This document shows, one piece after another, positions 51,995 to 61,277 of a stretch of DNA of 64,000 nucleotides. Position numbers and translations under genes: made by a program. The notes beneath the pieces are model-generated. The model was not told where the DNA came from. It saw nothing but the letters and a program-made list of their open reading frames with translations, and searched no databases. The DNA is from Vulcanimicrobiota bacterium (GTDB lineage Bacteria > Vulcanimicrobiota > Vulcanimicrobiia > Vulcanimicrobiales > Vulcanimicrobiaceae): positions 352,001-416,000 of the forward strand of contig CAVZQC010000002.1 of NCBI GenBank assembly GCA_963777315.1, given 5' to 3'. Every line of letters begins with the position of its first letter. Position 1 is the stretch's first letter.

Positions 51995-53439
51995 GGCTTG
52001 CATGGGCCGTGGCGGCGGTATTCTTCGCCCGCTTTGCAACGACCGCATGGTTCTATCAAGGACGCGATGCCGATCTTGGCTGGCAGCGCTGGTTGGGTGA
52101 GCGCATCCTGCATGACGGCAGGCTCCCTGCGACGCTCGGGCATGAAACCTTTACCGCTTCAGGCGCGCCCTGGATTCCACAGGAATGGCTGCTGAGTATC
52201 GGGGTCGCCTTGGCCGCGCATTTCAAGGTATTCGGAGCGCTCGCGTGCATCATGGCGCTTTGCGGTGTGGGCGCGATTCTGATTTCGGCGCTCTCCGCAC
52301 GACGCCTGGGCGCGTCGCCCTTTTCTGCCGCGCTGTGCAGCGCGCTGCTCGGAATGTCGATGCTGCAATCGTTCGGCGTGCGGGCGCAGATCGCCGCATG
52401 GCTGCTGCTGGCCATCTTTTTGCTGATCCTGCGAACCGTGGACGATCGCAAACGGTGGCTCATCGTACCGTGCGTCGCCTTATGGGCGAACGTCCATGCA
52501 AGCGCCATACTTGCAGTAGTCCTGCTGCTCGCCTGGACGTTGGGGCGCTTTCTCGACGAACGATCGTGGACACGCGCCGTTCGAGTCGATACGCTTCTCA
52601 CGTTCGCATGCTCGGCGGCCCTGTGCGCCACGCCGCTAGGATGGCGTCTGCCGGTTTACGCGATCCAATTATTCGCAAGCCCGATCGTCGCGCAGATTGC
52701 CGAATGGCAGCCGGCGCACTTCGGTACCGACGAAAGCGCGCTGCTTTTCGGACTGCTGCCGCTCATACTGGCGGCTTTCGCATTGCAAGTGCGGCGTCCC
52801 GATTGGCCGGCTCGGGAAAAATTGCTGTTGCTTGCAGCGCTCTACCTCGGGTTAGAGGCCGTCCGCAACATCCCGAACGGCGCGCTCATCGTTGCGCCTA
52901 TCGTAGCAGCAGCGCTTGGGCTGGCCATTCCGCAACGCGCACGCGTGAACACGCTATTGAACGAACGCGGTCCGCTCGCGTTAATAGCGCTCGCCCTTGC
53001 CGTGGCAGGAATTCTGGTGCCGCTGCGCCTGCTGCAAGTGCCTGAAGTGACGGATACGAAGTTGCCGTTTACGGCGCTCGCATCGCTTGCATCAACGGGC
53101 GCGGTCCGAAATGTGTATTGTGAAGACTTCGCTTGGTGCAGCTTGGCCTTGCGTTATCCCCGCCTGCGCGTCTACCTCGACGGCCGTTGCGACCCGTTCC
53201 CGATCGGAGTCTGGGACGGTTATACGGCGATTTTCTACGCGCGCCGAGGGTGGCAACAACGCGCCGCTCGCGGGCACGTCGACACGATTTTGGTCGGTAA
53301 CGGGCACGCGCTGGCAACCGCGCTGAGCAAGGACAATCGCACGTGGAGGCTGGCATACCGGGACCGCCGGTACAGCATTTTCCTGCTGCGCAGCGGCAGC
53401 TACGCGCTCAGCGCGGCTGCGGGAACTCGCGGACCGTGA
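51991..53439 (+). CDS. Polytopic membrane protein, probable GT-C-like glycosyltransferase
   Basis: DLGWQ..LGE.I...P...ETF...GAPW..QEWL, LWANVH, EWQP and C-terminal YLDGRCDPF; about 11 TM helices. Confidence 0.55.
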   Translation: MRLAWAVAAVFFARFATTAWFYQGRDADLGWQRWLGERILHDGRLPATLGHETFTASGAPWIPQEWLLSIGVALAAHFKVFGALACIMALCGVGAILISALSARRLGASPFSAALCSALLGMSMLQSFGVRAQIAAWLLLAIFLLILRTVDDRKRWLIVPCVALWANVHASAILAVVLLLAWTLGRFLDERSWTRAVRVDTLLTFACSAALCATPLGWRLPVYAIQLFASPIVAQIAEWQPAHFGTDESALLFGLLPLILAAFALQVRRPDWPAREKLLLLAALYLGLEAVRNIPNGALIVAPIVAAALGLAIPQRARVNTLLNERGPLALIALALAVAGILVPLRLLQVPEVTDTKLPFTALASLASTGAVRNVYCEDFAWCSLALRYPRLRVYLDGRCDPFPIGVWDGYTAIFYARRGWQQRAARGHVDTILVGNGHALATALSKDNRTWRLAYRDRRYSIFLLRSGSYALSAAAGTRGP

Positions 53440-55025
53440 ATCTCGGCGCACTCGACGCGAGCGGTTGGTGGGCGCCATTGCTTCGCGCCGTGCAGCGCTG
53501 AAATCAGTCGCGCCACGCTGGGCTGGTCCGGAGCAAGCACCTGCGCCCGGTTGACGTACTGTTGAGCCGAATCGAAATCACCGACGTCGAGGCTGAACTC
53601 GGCTAAGGATTCCAGGAGCATCACGTACCGATCTTGCAGGACGTGAGCGTGACTGACGAACCATGGCTCCGGCGCTTCAAAATCCAGTAGACGCCCAGCA
53701 TACAGCTTCTCCGCAGCACGATAGTGCATCATGGCGCCGGCTGGTTCACCCTGCTCGACGCAAGCATCGCCGTCGACGAGGTGGGTTCGGAAACGGCGAA
53801 CGTCGCAGACGACGTTTGCAAGATCGATTTGGACGTCGCGGGACGTCCGAAAATACTTGTCGACGTCCGCATACCCAACGACGGATGCAAATGCCTTACG
53901 GATGGTGCTGCACGCGGTGCGGACGCTTTGGGTTGCCAAATGCCGGTCCGTTTCCGGCCAAAACACCTGGGCGAGCTCCAAGCGGCTCGCGGCCCCGTCG
54001 GGCTTGAGCAGCAAGTATTTGATGATTTGCTGATCGCGACGGCGCACCCATGGAATCTGCCGGCCGCCGATAGTGAATTCGAACGAGCGGAACATGCGCG
54101 CTTGTATGGCTGGGGCGAATGAAGTGTCGGACGGAGCACAGGGCTTGACGATGGCCGGCTGAAGCGGACGGTAGAGCTGCACTTCGTCGCCGCCACGATC
54201 CACGATAAGGAGACCGCGCGATTCCAATTGGCGCATGCGCTGAGCGCTCGCCGAAGTTTTGCCGGTGAATAGCCCCCAAAAGATCTCGGCGTCCTCGGCG
54301 CTGGCTCGTTCCAGCTCCGCGCCCACGAGATCGTAAAGGAACGACGCAGAATGGCTGCGCCAGCGCTCGTACGCGCGGCTGAGCGCTTCCTTTTCAGCGG
54401 CTGCCGTTCTGACCGCAGCGGAAACCGCCAGCGCCCATCCATCTGTGTCCTCAATCAAGCGGCGAATCTCGAGATCCGTCGCCGCAACCCCGCAAGCTTC
54501 TGCAAAAAGCGCGGCTTCTTGCGCGTCGAAGGCCAGTGACCGCGCATTGCACAACGTTCCTATCCCGCGAGAGATCCATTCTTTGGCTGGGAGCGCCTCT
54601 CTGGAACGGAACCCATAGATAAACGTCACGGTATCCCCGGCGTCGTCGACGAGGCGGCGGAGATCGCCTATGGCTTGCGCATCGCCGTTGTCGGCGTCGT
54701 CCACGATCAGCTCGATGCATTGCGATGACATCGCGGTGATCAGGTCGAGAAGGCCCGAATAGGAGTGTGGAATCGACGTGGACCGCAGGGTGCGCGCGAT
54801 GATTCCATACAGAGTTGCTGCATCGCAGCAGTCCGGAAGCGCGCAATAGTAACGCGTTGCTTCACCGTCTACGGCGTAGCGCCGTAAAAAGGTCGTCTTG
54901 CCGCATCCGGCGGGACCGACGATGAGCCGAACGGGGAACTGCTTGTACGCGCAAGCCCACTGGTCCAAGCGTGAACGGCGGATGACTAACGGCGCCAACC
55001 GCGGAGTAGTGAATGTGGTAACCAT
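53400..55025 (-). CDS. Transcriptional regulator: MalT-like P-loop N-terminus + winged helix + BTAD (SARP-type)
   Basis: P.L...IRR.RL, GPAGCGKTT, TDGWALA, LAQVFWPE, CDVRRF, LYAGRLL..E...W, TPR-like C-terminus. Confidence 0.75.
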   Translation of the reverse strand: MVTTFTTPRLAPLVIRRSRLDQWACAYKQFPVRLIVGPAGCGKTTFLRRYAVDGEATRYYCALPDCCDAATLYGIIARTLRSTSIPHSYSGLLDLITAMSSQCIELIVDDADNGDAQAIGDLRRLVDDAGDTVTFIYGFRSREALPAKEWISRGIGTLCNARSLAFDAQEAALFAEACGVAATDLEIRRLIEDTDGWALAVSAAVRTAAAEKEALSRAYERWRSHSASFLYDLVGAELERASAEDAEIFWGLFTGKTSASAQRMRQLESRGLLIVDRGGDEVQLYRPLQPAIVKPCAPSDTSFAPAIQARMFRSFEFTIGGRQIPWVRRRDQQIIKYLLLKPDGAASRLELAQVFWPETDRHLATQSVRTACSTIRKAFASVVGYADVDKYFRTSRDVQIDLANVVCDVRRFRTHLVDGDACVEQGEPAGAMMHYRAAEKLYAGRLLDFEAPEPWFVSHAHVLQDRYVMLLESLAEFSLDVGDFDSAQQYVNRAQVLAPDQPSVARLISALHGAKQWRPPTARVECAEIHGPRVPAAALSA

Positions 55026-55183
55026 AAGCTCCGGTTCTCAACAGCATTGAAGCGACGAGCCCCCGTATCGTCGCATGCATCACCCGTGAAAATGGACTTA
55101 GGTTAACTTTACCCTAAACGTCTTGCGGAATACTATAGAGTTTTCTTTTTCGACCTGAAGCCTGGCAGTTCCATAATGTTGCT

Positions 55184-55525
55184 CTACCCCCGGGTAAGCG
55201 GCTGATCGTCGTCCTGCCGCGCGCGTACGCTTGCAGCGGCCAAACGCTTAGACGGTAACAGCTTTTCCAGGCCGTATGCAGCAACGCCGCGGCTAAGGAG
55301 AGCGGCGCCCGCACCCATAGAACAGGCCATCATCCCGACTACCGCACCATTCGCGGCCAAAACCTCTATGCCGAATCCGAGATTGCCGGGATGCGCGTGG
55401 ACGGCATGCAGACAGTATAGCTCGAACGGTACGACGGCGAAAAACAAAAGCACATCGGCGCAGACGACATACGCCGCGAGAAACGCGGTCGGCAGCGATT
55501 GGAAGGGGATGCGGATTTTTCGCAT
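55184..55525 (-). CDS. Hypothetical two-TM membrane protein
   Basis: AAGGAG RBS, two hydrophobic segments, fills an intergenic gap. Confidence 0.55.
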   Translation of the reverse strand: MRKIRIPFQSLPTAFLAAYVVCADVLLFFAVVPFELYCLHAVHAHPGNLGFGIEVLAANGAVVGMMACSMGAGAALLSRGVAAYGLEKLLPSKRLAAASVRARQDDDQPLTRG

Positions 55526-55632
55526 GCAGGATACTCCTTGCCCCGTGACGGGCCCGTATAATCACCCATCGGCACATGAGTTGCGACGTTTAGGCGCCGG
55601 TTGATGGAAGCCGGAACAGTCGAACAGACCAC

Positions 55633-57855
55633 GTGCAGGGAACCGCTAGGTCTGTGGCGCCGGTAACCCGGGGCGCCTTCATCGCAGGCGCGCTCGCTGC
55701 AGCCGCCGCGTGCGCGGCACCCGACGTCGCCCTGCCGCAGGAGTGGCCCGCGTTCGATCCCGCGCTGCCGCTCGCGCAGCGCGTGGACGATTTGCTCGCC
55801 GCAATGACGCTGGCCGAAAAAGTCTCGCAGATGAATAATCGGGCGCCTGCGATTGCGCGCCTGAACATCCCGGCCTACGACTGGTGGAGCGAAGCGCTTC
55901 ACGGCGTCGCGCGCGACGGGTATGCAACGGTCTTCCCGCAGGCAATAGGGATGGCGGCAACCTGGAACACCGAGCTGGTGGCGCGCATCGGCCAAGCCGT
56001 GTCGACGGAGGCCCGCGCAAAATACGACGCCACGGGAGTACGCAGCGGCCACGCCACGTACAACGGTCTGACGGTGTGGTCGCCCAACGTCAATATTTTT
56101 CGCGATCCGCGCTGGGGACGCGGGCAGGAAACGTACGGCGAAGATCCATTCTTGACCTCGCGCATCGCGGTGGCGTACGTGCGCGGACTGCAGGGAGACG
56201 ATCCGCGGTATATCAAGGTCGCCGCAACGGCCAAGCACTTCGCCGTGCACAGCGGACCCGAGACTTTGCGCCACGTCTTCAACGTCGACGTGGATGATAC
56301 AACGCTGCACGAATTCTATTTGTACGCGTTTCGCGCGCTGGTGCAGGAAGCGCGCGTCGCCGCCGTGATGTCCGCGTACAACGCCCTGAACGGCACGCCG
56401 TGTTCGGCAAACGCAGAGCTGCTGCGGGGAATTCTGCGCGACGCTTGGGGCTTCGAGGGTTACGTGACGTCGGATTGCGGCGCGATTTGGGACATGGTGG
56501 AAATGCGGCACGTTCAACCGGACTTGCAACATGCCGCGGCGGCAGCGCTCACGGCCGGAGTCGATCTGTGCTGCGGCGACGATTATTCGGCGCTCGTTAA
56601 ATCGGTGGCGCAGGGCCTGGTGAGCGAATCGCAGATCGACGGGGCCCTGCGTACTTTGCTTAGGACGCGCTTTCGTTTGGGCATGTTCGACCCGCCGTCC
56701 ACGGTGCCGTACGACCGGACGTCGATCTGGCAAAACGATTCCGCCGCACACGCCGATCTGGCTCTGCGCGCCGCGCGCGAATCGATCGTGCTGCTCAAGA
56801 ACGACGGCACGCTGCCGCTGCGCAAAACGCTGAAGAGGATTGCGGTCATCGGCCCCAACGGCGACTCCACCGAGGTGCTGGCCGGCAACTACAACGGAAC
56901 GCCGTCGGCGCCGGTCACCGTGCTGCAAGGCATTCGTGCCAAGCTCGGTTCGCGCACGGCGGTGCAGTACGTGCGCGGATGCGAGTACGTCGTGCCGGGC
57001 GACGATGCTGCCGAACAGCGCGCTCAGGCGCTGGCGTTCGCGCGAACCGCGGATGTTATCGTGTTCGCCGGCGGCATCAGCCCGCAGCTGGAAGGCGAGG
57101 AGATGACGGGCGAAAAGATCGACGGATTCGACGGCGGCGACCGCACGAAAATCGAGCTGCCGGCAATTCAAACGGCATTGCTGCGCGAGCTGTACGCGAC
57201 GGGAACGCCGGTGGTCTTCGTGCAGATGAGCGGAAGCGCCATCGCATGCCCTTGGGAAGCGGCCTCGCTGCCGGCGATCGTTCAGGCCTGGTATCCCGGA
57301 CAGGCCGGCGGCACGGCGATCGCCGACGTGCTGTTCGGCGACTACAATCCCGCGGGCCGATTGCCCGTAACGTTTTACGCCGCCACTTCCGATTTGCCCG
57401 ACTTCAAAGACTACCGTTTGACCGAGCGCACCTACCGGTACTTTACCGGCAAACCACTGTTCGCGTTCGGTCATGGCGTCAGTTACACGCGCTTTGCCTA
57501 CTCGCAGCTTGCCGTTTCGCTTCGCCCCGATGCGCGCGCGCCCGAAGTGCGCGTGACCTTCACCTTGCGCAACGCCGGAAAGCGGGACGGAGAGGAAGTC
57601 GCCCAAGTGTACGTGCGCGATCTCGACGCGCAGCGCGCGCATCCCATCCGGCAGCTGTGCGCGTTCACTCGCACGCAGTTGCGCGCCGGGGAAAAACGCC
57701 GAATCGTGCTGGACGTACCCGCGGAGCGGTTCGCGTACTGGGACGCGGCGCGCAGCGGCTTCCAGGTGCTGCCGGGCGCTTACGAGTTCGGCGTGGGCTC
57801 GGCCAGCGACGACATCCGCTTGCGCGCCGCGTACGGGTGTGATCCGTGGCGCTGA
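55633..57855 (+). CDS. GH3 beta-glucosidase/beta-xylosidase with C-terminal Fn3-like domain
   Basis: WWSEALHGV, RDPRWGRGQETYGEDP, KHFA, M.AYN, SDCGAI nucleophile, ESIVLLKN, AWYPGQAGG, EVAQVY. Confidence 0.93.
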   Translation: MQGTARSVAPVTRGAFIAGALAAAAACAAPDVALPQEWPAFDPALPLAQRVDDLLAAMTLAEKVSQMNNRAPAIARLNIPAYDWWSEALHGVARDGYATVFPQAIGMAATWNTELVARIGQAVSTEARAKYDATGVRSGHATYNGLTVWSPNVNIFRDPRWGRGQETYGEDPFLTSRIAVAYVRGLQGDDPRYIKVAATAKHFAVHSGPETLRHVFNVDVDDTTLHEFYLYAFRALVQEARVAAVMSAYNALNGTPCSANAELLRGILRDAWGFEGYVTSDCGAIWDMVEMRHVQPDLQHAAAAALTAGVDLCCGDDYSALVKSVAQGLVSESQIDGALRTLLRTRFRLGMFDPPSTVPYDRTSIWQNDSAAHADLALRAARESIVLLKNDGTLPLRKTLKRIAVIGPNGDSTEVLAGNYNGTPSAPVTVLQGIRAKLGSRTAVQYVRGCEYVVPGDDAAEQRAQALAFARTADVIVFAGGISPQLEGEEMTGEKIDGFDGGDRTKIELPAIQTALLRELYATGTPVVFVQMSGSAIACPWEAASLPAIVQAWYPGQAGGTAIADVLFGDYNPAGRLPVTFYAATSDLPDFKDYRLTERTYRYFTGKPLFAFGHGVSYTRFAYSQLAVSLRPDARAPEVRVTFTLRNAGKRDGEEVAQVYVRDLDAQRAHPIRQLCAFTRTQLRAGEKRRIVLDVPAERFAYWDAARSGFQVLPGAYEFGVGSASDDIRLRAAYGCDPWR

Positions 57856-59585
57856 GCGGCATCGATTGGCTCATCATCGCGCTGTACTTTGCGTTCGTGC
57901 TGTCGATCGGCGCGATTCTGATGCGTGCGACGCGCACCGGCTCGGATTTTTTTCTGGCGGGGCGCTCGGTGCCGGCCTGGGTCGCCGGGCTTGCGTTTCT
58001 GTCGGCAAACCTGGGCGCGCAGGAAGTCATCGGCATGGGGGCTTCGGGTGCCAAATACGGCATATCGACCGCGCACTTCTATTGGATCGGCGCGATCCCG
58101 GCAATGATCTTCATCGGCATCTTCATGATGCCGTTCTATTACAGATCCAAAGCCCGGTCGGTGCCCGAGTACCTGCGCATGCGTTTCGACGAAAAGACGC
58201 GTACGCTCAACGCAATCACCTTCGCGTTCATGACGATTCTCTCGTCCGGGATCTCGATGTACGCGATGGCCAAGCTGCTGCAGACGCTCCACGTGTTCGA
58301 CGCCGGCTTTGCAGCCGTGCATCTTTCACCCGGACTCATTTTCCATTTCTCGATTGCCGTGTCGGCGGCGATCGTGCTGGCCTATATTCTGCTGGGCGGG
58401 CTCAAAAGCGCAATCTATAACGAAGTGCTGCAGTTTTTCCTGATCGTCGCGGGACTTTTTCCGCTCGTGTACCTCGGCCTGAAAAGCGTGGGCGGCTGGA
58501 ACGGCCTGCGGGCTGCGCTGCCCGCGGCGTACACGCACGCGTGGTATCACGCAAACGATCCGCACGCCAATCTGCTGGGCGTCGACGTGTTCGGACTAGT
58601 TATGGGTCTGGGTTTCGTGCTGTCGTTCGGGTACTGGTGCACGGATTTCTTGGTCGTGCAGCGCGCGATGGCTGCGGATTCACAAGCAGCTGCGCGCCGC
58701 ACGCCGCTCATCGCAGCGGTGCCCAAGATGCTGTTCCCGTTTTTGGTCATATTGCCGGGAATCATCGCTATCGCGATAACGTCGGTGCATCCAGGCTTGA
58801 TTCCGGTCAAACTCGGCGCCGGCGGCGCGCCGATGCTCGACGCGGCGCACAAACCGGTGCTGGACTACGATCTCGCGATCCCGATGATGCTGCTGCGCTT
58901 CTTTCCTGCAGGCATCTTAGGGCTGGGGTTGACTGCACTGCTCGCTAGTTTCATGTCGGGCATGGCGGGCAACGTTACCGCATTCAACACGGTGTTCACC
59001 TACGACATTTATCAATCGCACATCCGGCCCAACGCGGGCGATGCGCATTACCTGCGGATCGGACGCGCCGCCACGGTAGCAGGGGTCCTCGCATCGATCG
59101 CCGCCGCGTATGCCGCCGCCCAGTTCAACGACATCATGGACGCCTTGCAGCTGGTGTTTGCATTCGTCAATGCGCCCCTCTTCGCAACGTTTCTGCTCGG
59201 CATGTTTTGGAAGCGCACGACCGGACACGGCGCGTTCTCCGGGCTGTTGGCGGGAACGTTCGCCGCGGCGGCCCACCACGGGCTCACGCTGCCCGCCGGC
59301 GCAACGGCAGGAATCAAGGGCGGCTGGTTCGCCGTGCTGCACGTCTATCCGAGCGAAATGAGCCAGAACTTCTACACGGCGATCTTCGCCTGGACGACGT
59401 GCTTCATCGTGACGATCGGCGTGAGCGCGCTGACCCGGCCGCGCCCAGAACGCGACCTTGCCGGCCTCGTGTACTCGCTGACGCCGCGGCGCGGCGATGA
59501 TTCCGCCGTCTGGTACAAGCGCCCGGTGACGATTGGGATCGCCATCCTGGCGGCGTGCGCGCTGCTGAACGTGGCGTTTCGCTGA
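57846..59585 (+). CDS. Sodium:solute symporter family sugar transporter
   Basis: FFLAGRS.P.W, SANLGAQE, SVPEYL..RF, GGL.SAIY, YWCTD..VVQR. Confidence 0.92.
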   Translation: MALSGIDWLIIALYFAFVLSIGAILMRATRTGSDFFLAGRSVPAWVAGLAFLSANLGAQEVIGMGASGAKYGISTAHFYWIGAIPAMIFIGIFMMPFYYRSKARSVPEYLRMRFDEKTRTLNAITFAFMTILSSGISMYAMAKLLQTLHVFDAGFAAVHLSPGLIFHFSIAVSAAIVLAYILLGGLKSAIYNEVLQFFLIVAGLFPLVYLGLKSVGGWNGLRAALPAAYTHAWYHANDPHANLLGVDVFGLVMGLGFVLSFGYWCTDFLVVQRAMAADSQAAARRTPLIAAVPKMLFPFLVILPGIIAIAITSVHPGLIPVKLGAGGAPMLDAAHKPVLDYDLAIPMMLLRFFPAGILGLGLTALLASFMSGMAGNVTAFNTVFTYDIYQSHIRPNAGDAHYLRIGRAATVAGVLASIAAAYAAAQFNDIMDALQLVFAFVNAPLFATFLLGMFWKRTTGHGAFSGLLAGTFAAAAHHGLTLPAGATAGIKGGWFAVLHVYPSEMSQNFYTAIFAWTTCFIVTIGVSALTRPRPERDLAGLVYSLTPRRGDDSAVWYKRPVTIGIAILAACALLNVAFR

Positions 59586-59806
59586 TGAGCAATCGCGGCG
59601 GACTAGGCATAGACCTGCGCGCGGTGTTGGGCGTGTTCTTTGCGCTGCTGGGCGTCGTGCTCGCGGTCTTCGGCGCGTTGAGTGCCCCGGCCATCTACCG
59701 CCGTTCGCTGGGGATCAACGTCAATCTGATCTGGGGAATCGTCCTGGCGGTGTTCGGCGCGGCGATGCTGTGGCTGGGCACGCGCACGCGCGCTGAACGT
59801 CGGTAG
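59585..59806 (+). CDS. Small two-TM protein associated with the symporter
   Basis: MSNRGGLGIDLR..LG..F...G...SLGINVNL.WG; TGATG-coupled to the symporter. Confidence 0.75.
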   Translation: MSNRGGLGIDLRAVLGVFFALLGVVLAVFGALSAPAIYRRSLGINVNLIWGIVLAVFGAAMLWLGTRTRAERR

Positions 59807-59816
59807 CGAACGCTGC

Positions 59817-61274
59817 TTACGGATACAGCGAAAAGCGGGCGATCTGCGAGGTATCGCGCGACTGCAGCACGTTTACGCGCAGCCGCTGCGCAGTAACGGG
59901 GCCGGCAAGCCGCAGCAGGCGTTTGTAGCCGATCGTCGTTCCCGAAGCGATTTGGCGCCAAGCATTGCCGCGGCGCACTTCGACCGCGAAGCGTTCCACG
60001 CGCTGCCCCGCTTCAATGCGCTCCTGCAGGCAGATCGTTTGGAACCGCACCGGCGTTGGCAAGGCGATCGCCAACGTATGCATGCCGCCGGTTTGCGCGC
60101 GCGTGCTGCGCGCGCGGGCTGCCAGATCGTGCCCGAACTCGCGGTGCACCCAGGCGCCGAATTCGTCCACGCGCCCGACGTCGGCTGCATCGAATCTTCC
60201 GCTCGCGTCGGGCGGCACGTCCAAAAGCAGCTGGCAGTTGCGGCCGACCGAGGTGTAATACATCGATTGCAGCCGCGCAAGCGATTTGGGAGGGTGATGC
60301 GGATGCCAAAACCAGCCCGCTTCCAGGCGTGCGTCGCATTCGGAGGGATACCACGCCAGCAGACGGGTTCGCGGATCGGTCAGATCGTTTCTGCCGCCCA
60401 GGTTAGGCGCGCCGGGGTCGTGCAGCGCGGTCGTTTGATTTGGAACCGGCGCACCGGTAAACGCAACCACGCTCCATTGCGTCGTGCGCGCGACGCCGTC
60501 TTCGTTGCCCACCCAATCGAGATCGGGCCCGGCGAACATGACGGCATTCGGCTGCAGCGCCCGGACCAGCGCGTACCAGGCGGCGAACGCATACGGCTGC
60601 GCGCGATTTTTGAGCGGATTGAACCCATCGAACCAAACTTCTTCAACCGGGCCGTACTGCGTGAGCAGCTCGTAGAGCGTGTTCATGTAATAGCGGTTGT
60701 AGTCGTCCAGCCGAAAGTGAAACAGGCGCTTGGGACGGCGCGGGTCGCCGTTTTGCAGCGTCGGAATCGTTGCGGCACGCGCGGCGCTTGCGTCGGCGTA
60801 GCGTCCACCGGGAAGCGCTTCGTGCAGATCGGCGGGCGAAAGATAGAAACCCACGGCCAATCCATACCGGTGCGCCGAATCGACGAACGCGCGCACGACG
60901 TCGCCGTGGCCGCCGCGCCATATCGAGTGCGCGATCGAGTGGTTCGTATAACGGCTGGGCCAGAGCACCAAGCCGTCGTGATGTTTGGTGACGAGGATGA
61001 CTTTGCGAAACCCTGCGTTCTTGAGCGTGCGCGCCCACTGGTCCGTGTCCAGGTCGGCGGGATCGACCAGCGACGGTGACTCCGTGCCGGTGCCGATCTC
61101 CCGTCCGGTATACGTGTTGGGGCCGAAATGAATGAATGCCGTGAGCTCTTCGCGTTGCCACGCCAGCTGTCTGGGCGCCGGCGCAAGCTGCGCCGCGCGG
61201 CGCACGGTCGTTGCAGGATTGGCGGAATTGCCGATCCAGAACGTCGCCAGAGCCAGCAGCGCTGCCAGGCGCAT
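59817..61274 (-). CDS. Alpha-L-fucosidase GH29, secreted, with C-terminal F5/8-like domain
   Basis: FIHFGPNT, KHHDG..LWPS, ELLTQYG.V.EVWFDG, WVGNE.G, GWFWH, SVGRN..LLL.VPP. Confidence 0.92.
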   Translation of the reverse strand: MRLAALLALATFWIGNSANPATTVRRAAQLAPAPRQLAWQREELTAFIHFGPNTYTGREIGTGTESPSLVDPADLDTDQWARTLKNAGFRKVILVTKHHDGLVLWPSRYTNHSIAHSIWRGGHGDVVRAFVDSAHRYGLAVGFYLSPADLHEALPGGRYADASAARAATIPTLQNGDPRRPKRLFHFRLDDYNRYYMNTLYELLTQYGPVEEVWFDGFNPLKNRAQPYAFAAWYALVRALQPNAVMFAGPDLDWVGNEDGVARTTQWSVVAFTGAPVPNQTTALHDPGAPNLGGRNDLTDPRTRLLAWYPSECDARLEAGWFWHPHHPPKSLARLQSMYYTSVGRNCQLLLDVPPDASGRFDAADVGRVDEFGAWVHREFGHDLAARARSTRAQTGGMHTLAIALPTPVRFQTICLQERIEAGQRVERFAVEVRRGNAWRQIASGTTIGYKRLLRLAGPVTAQRLRVNVLQSRDTSQIARFSLYP

Positions 61275-61277
61275 CCG

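Noticed and set aside
55538..55562. TTGCCC...TATAAT promoter for the GH3 gene
   Set aside because: The spacer is only 13 bp; the -10 may be real but the pair is unsupported.
55366..57642. 758-aa minus-strand ORF
   Set aside because: Antisense to the well-supported GH3 gene.
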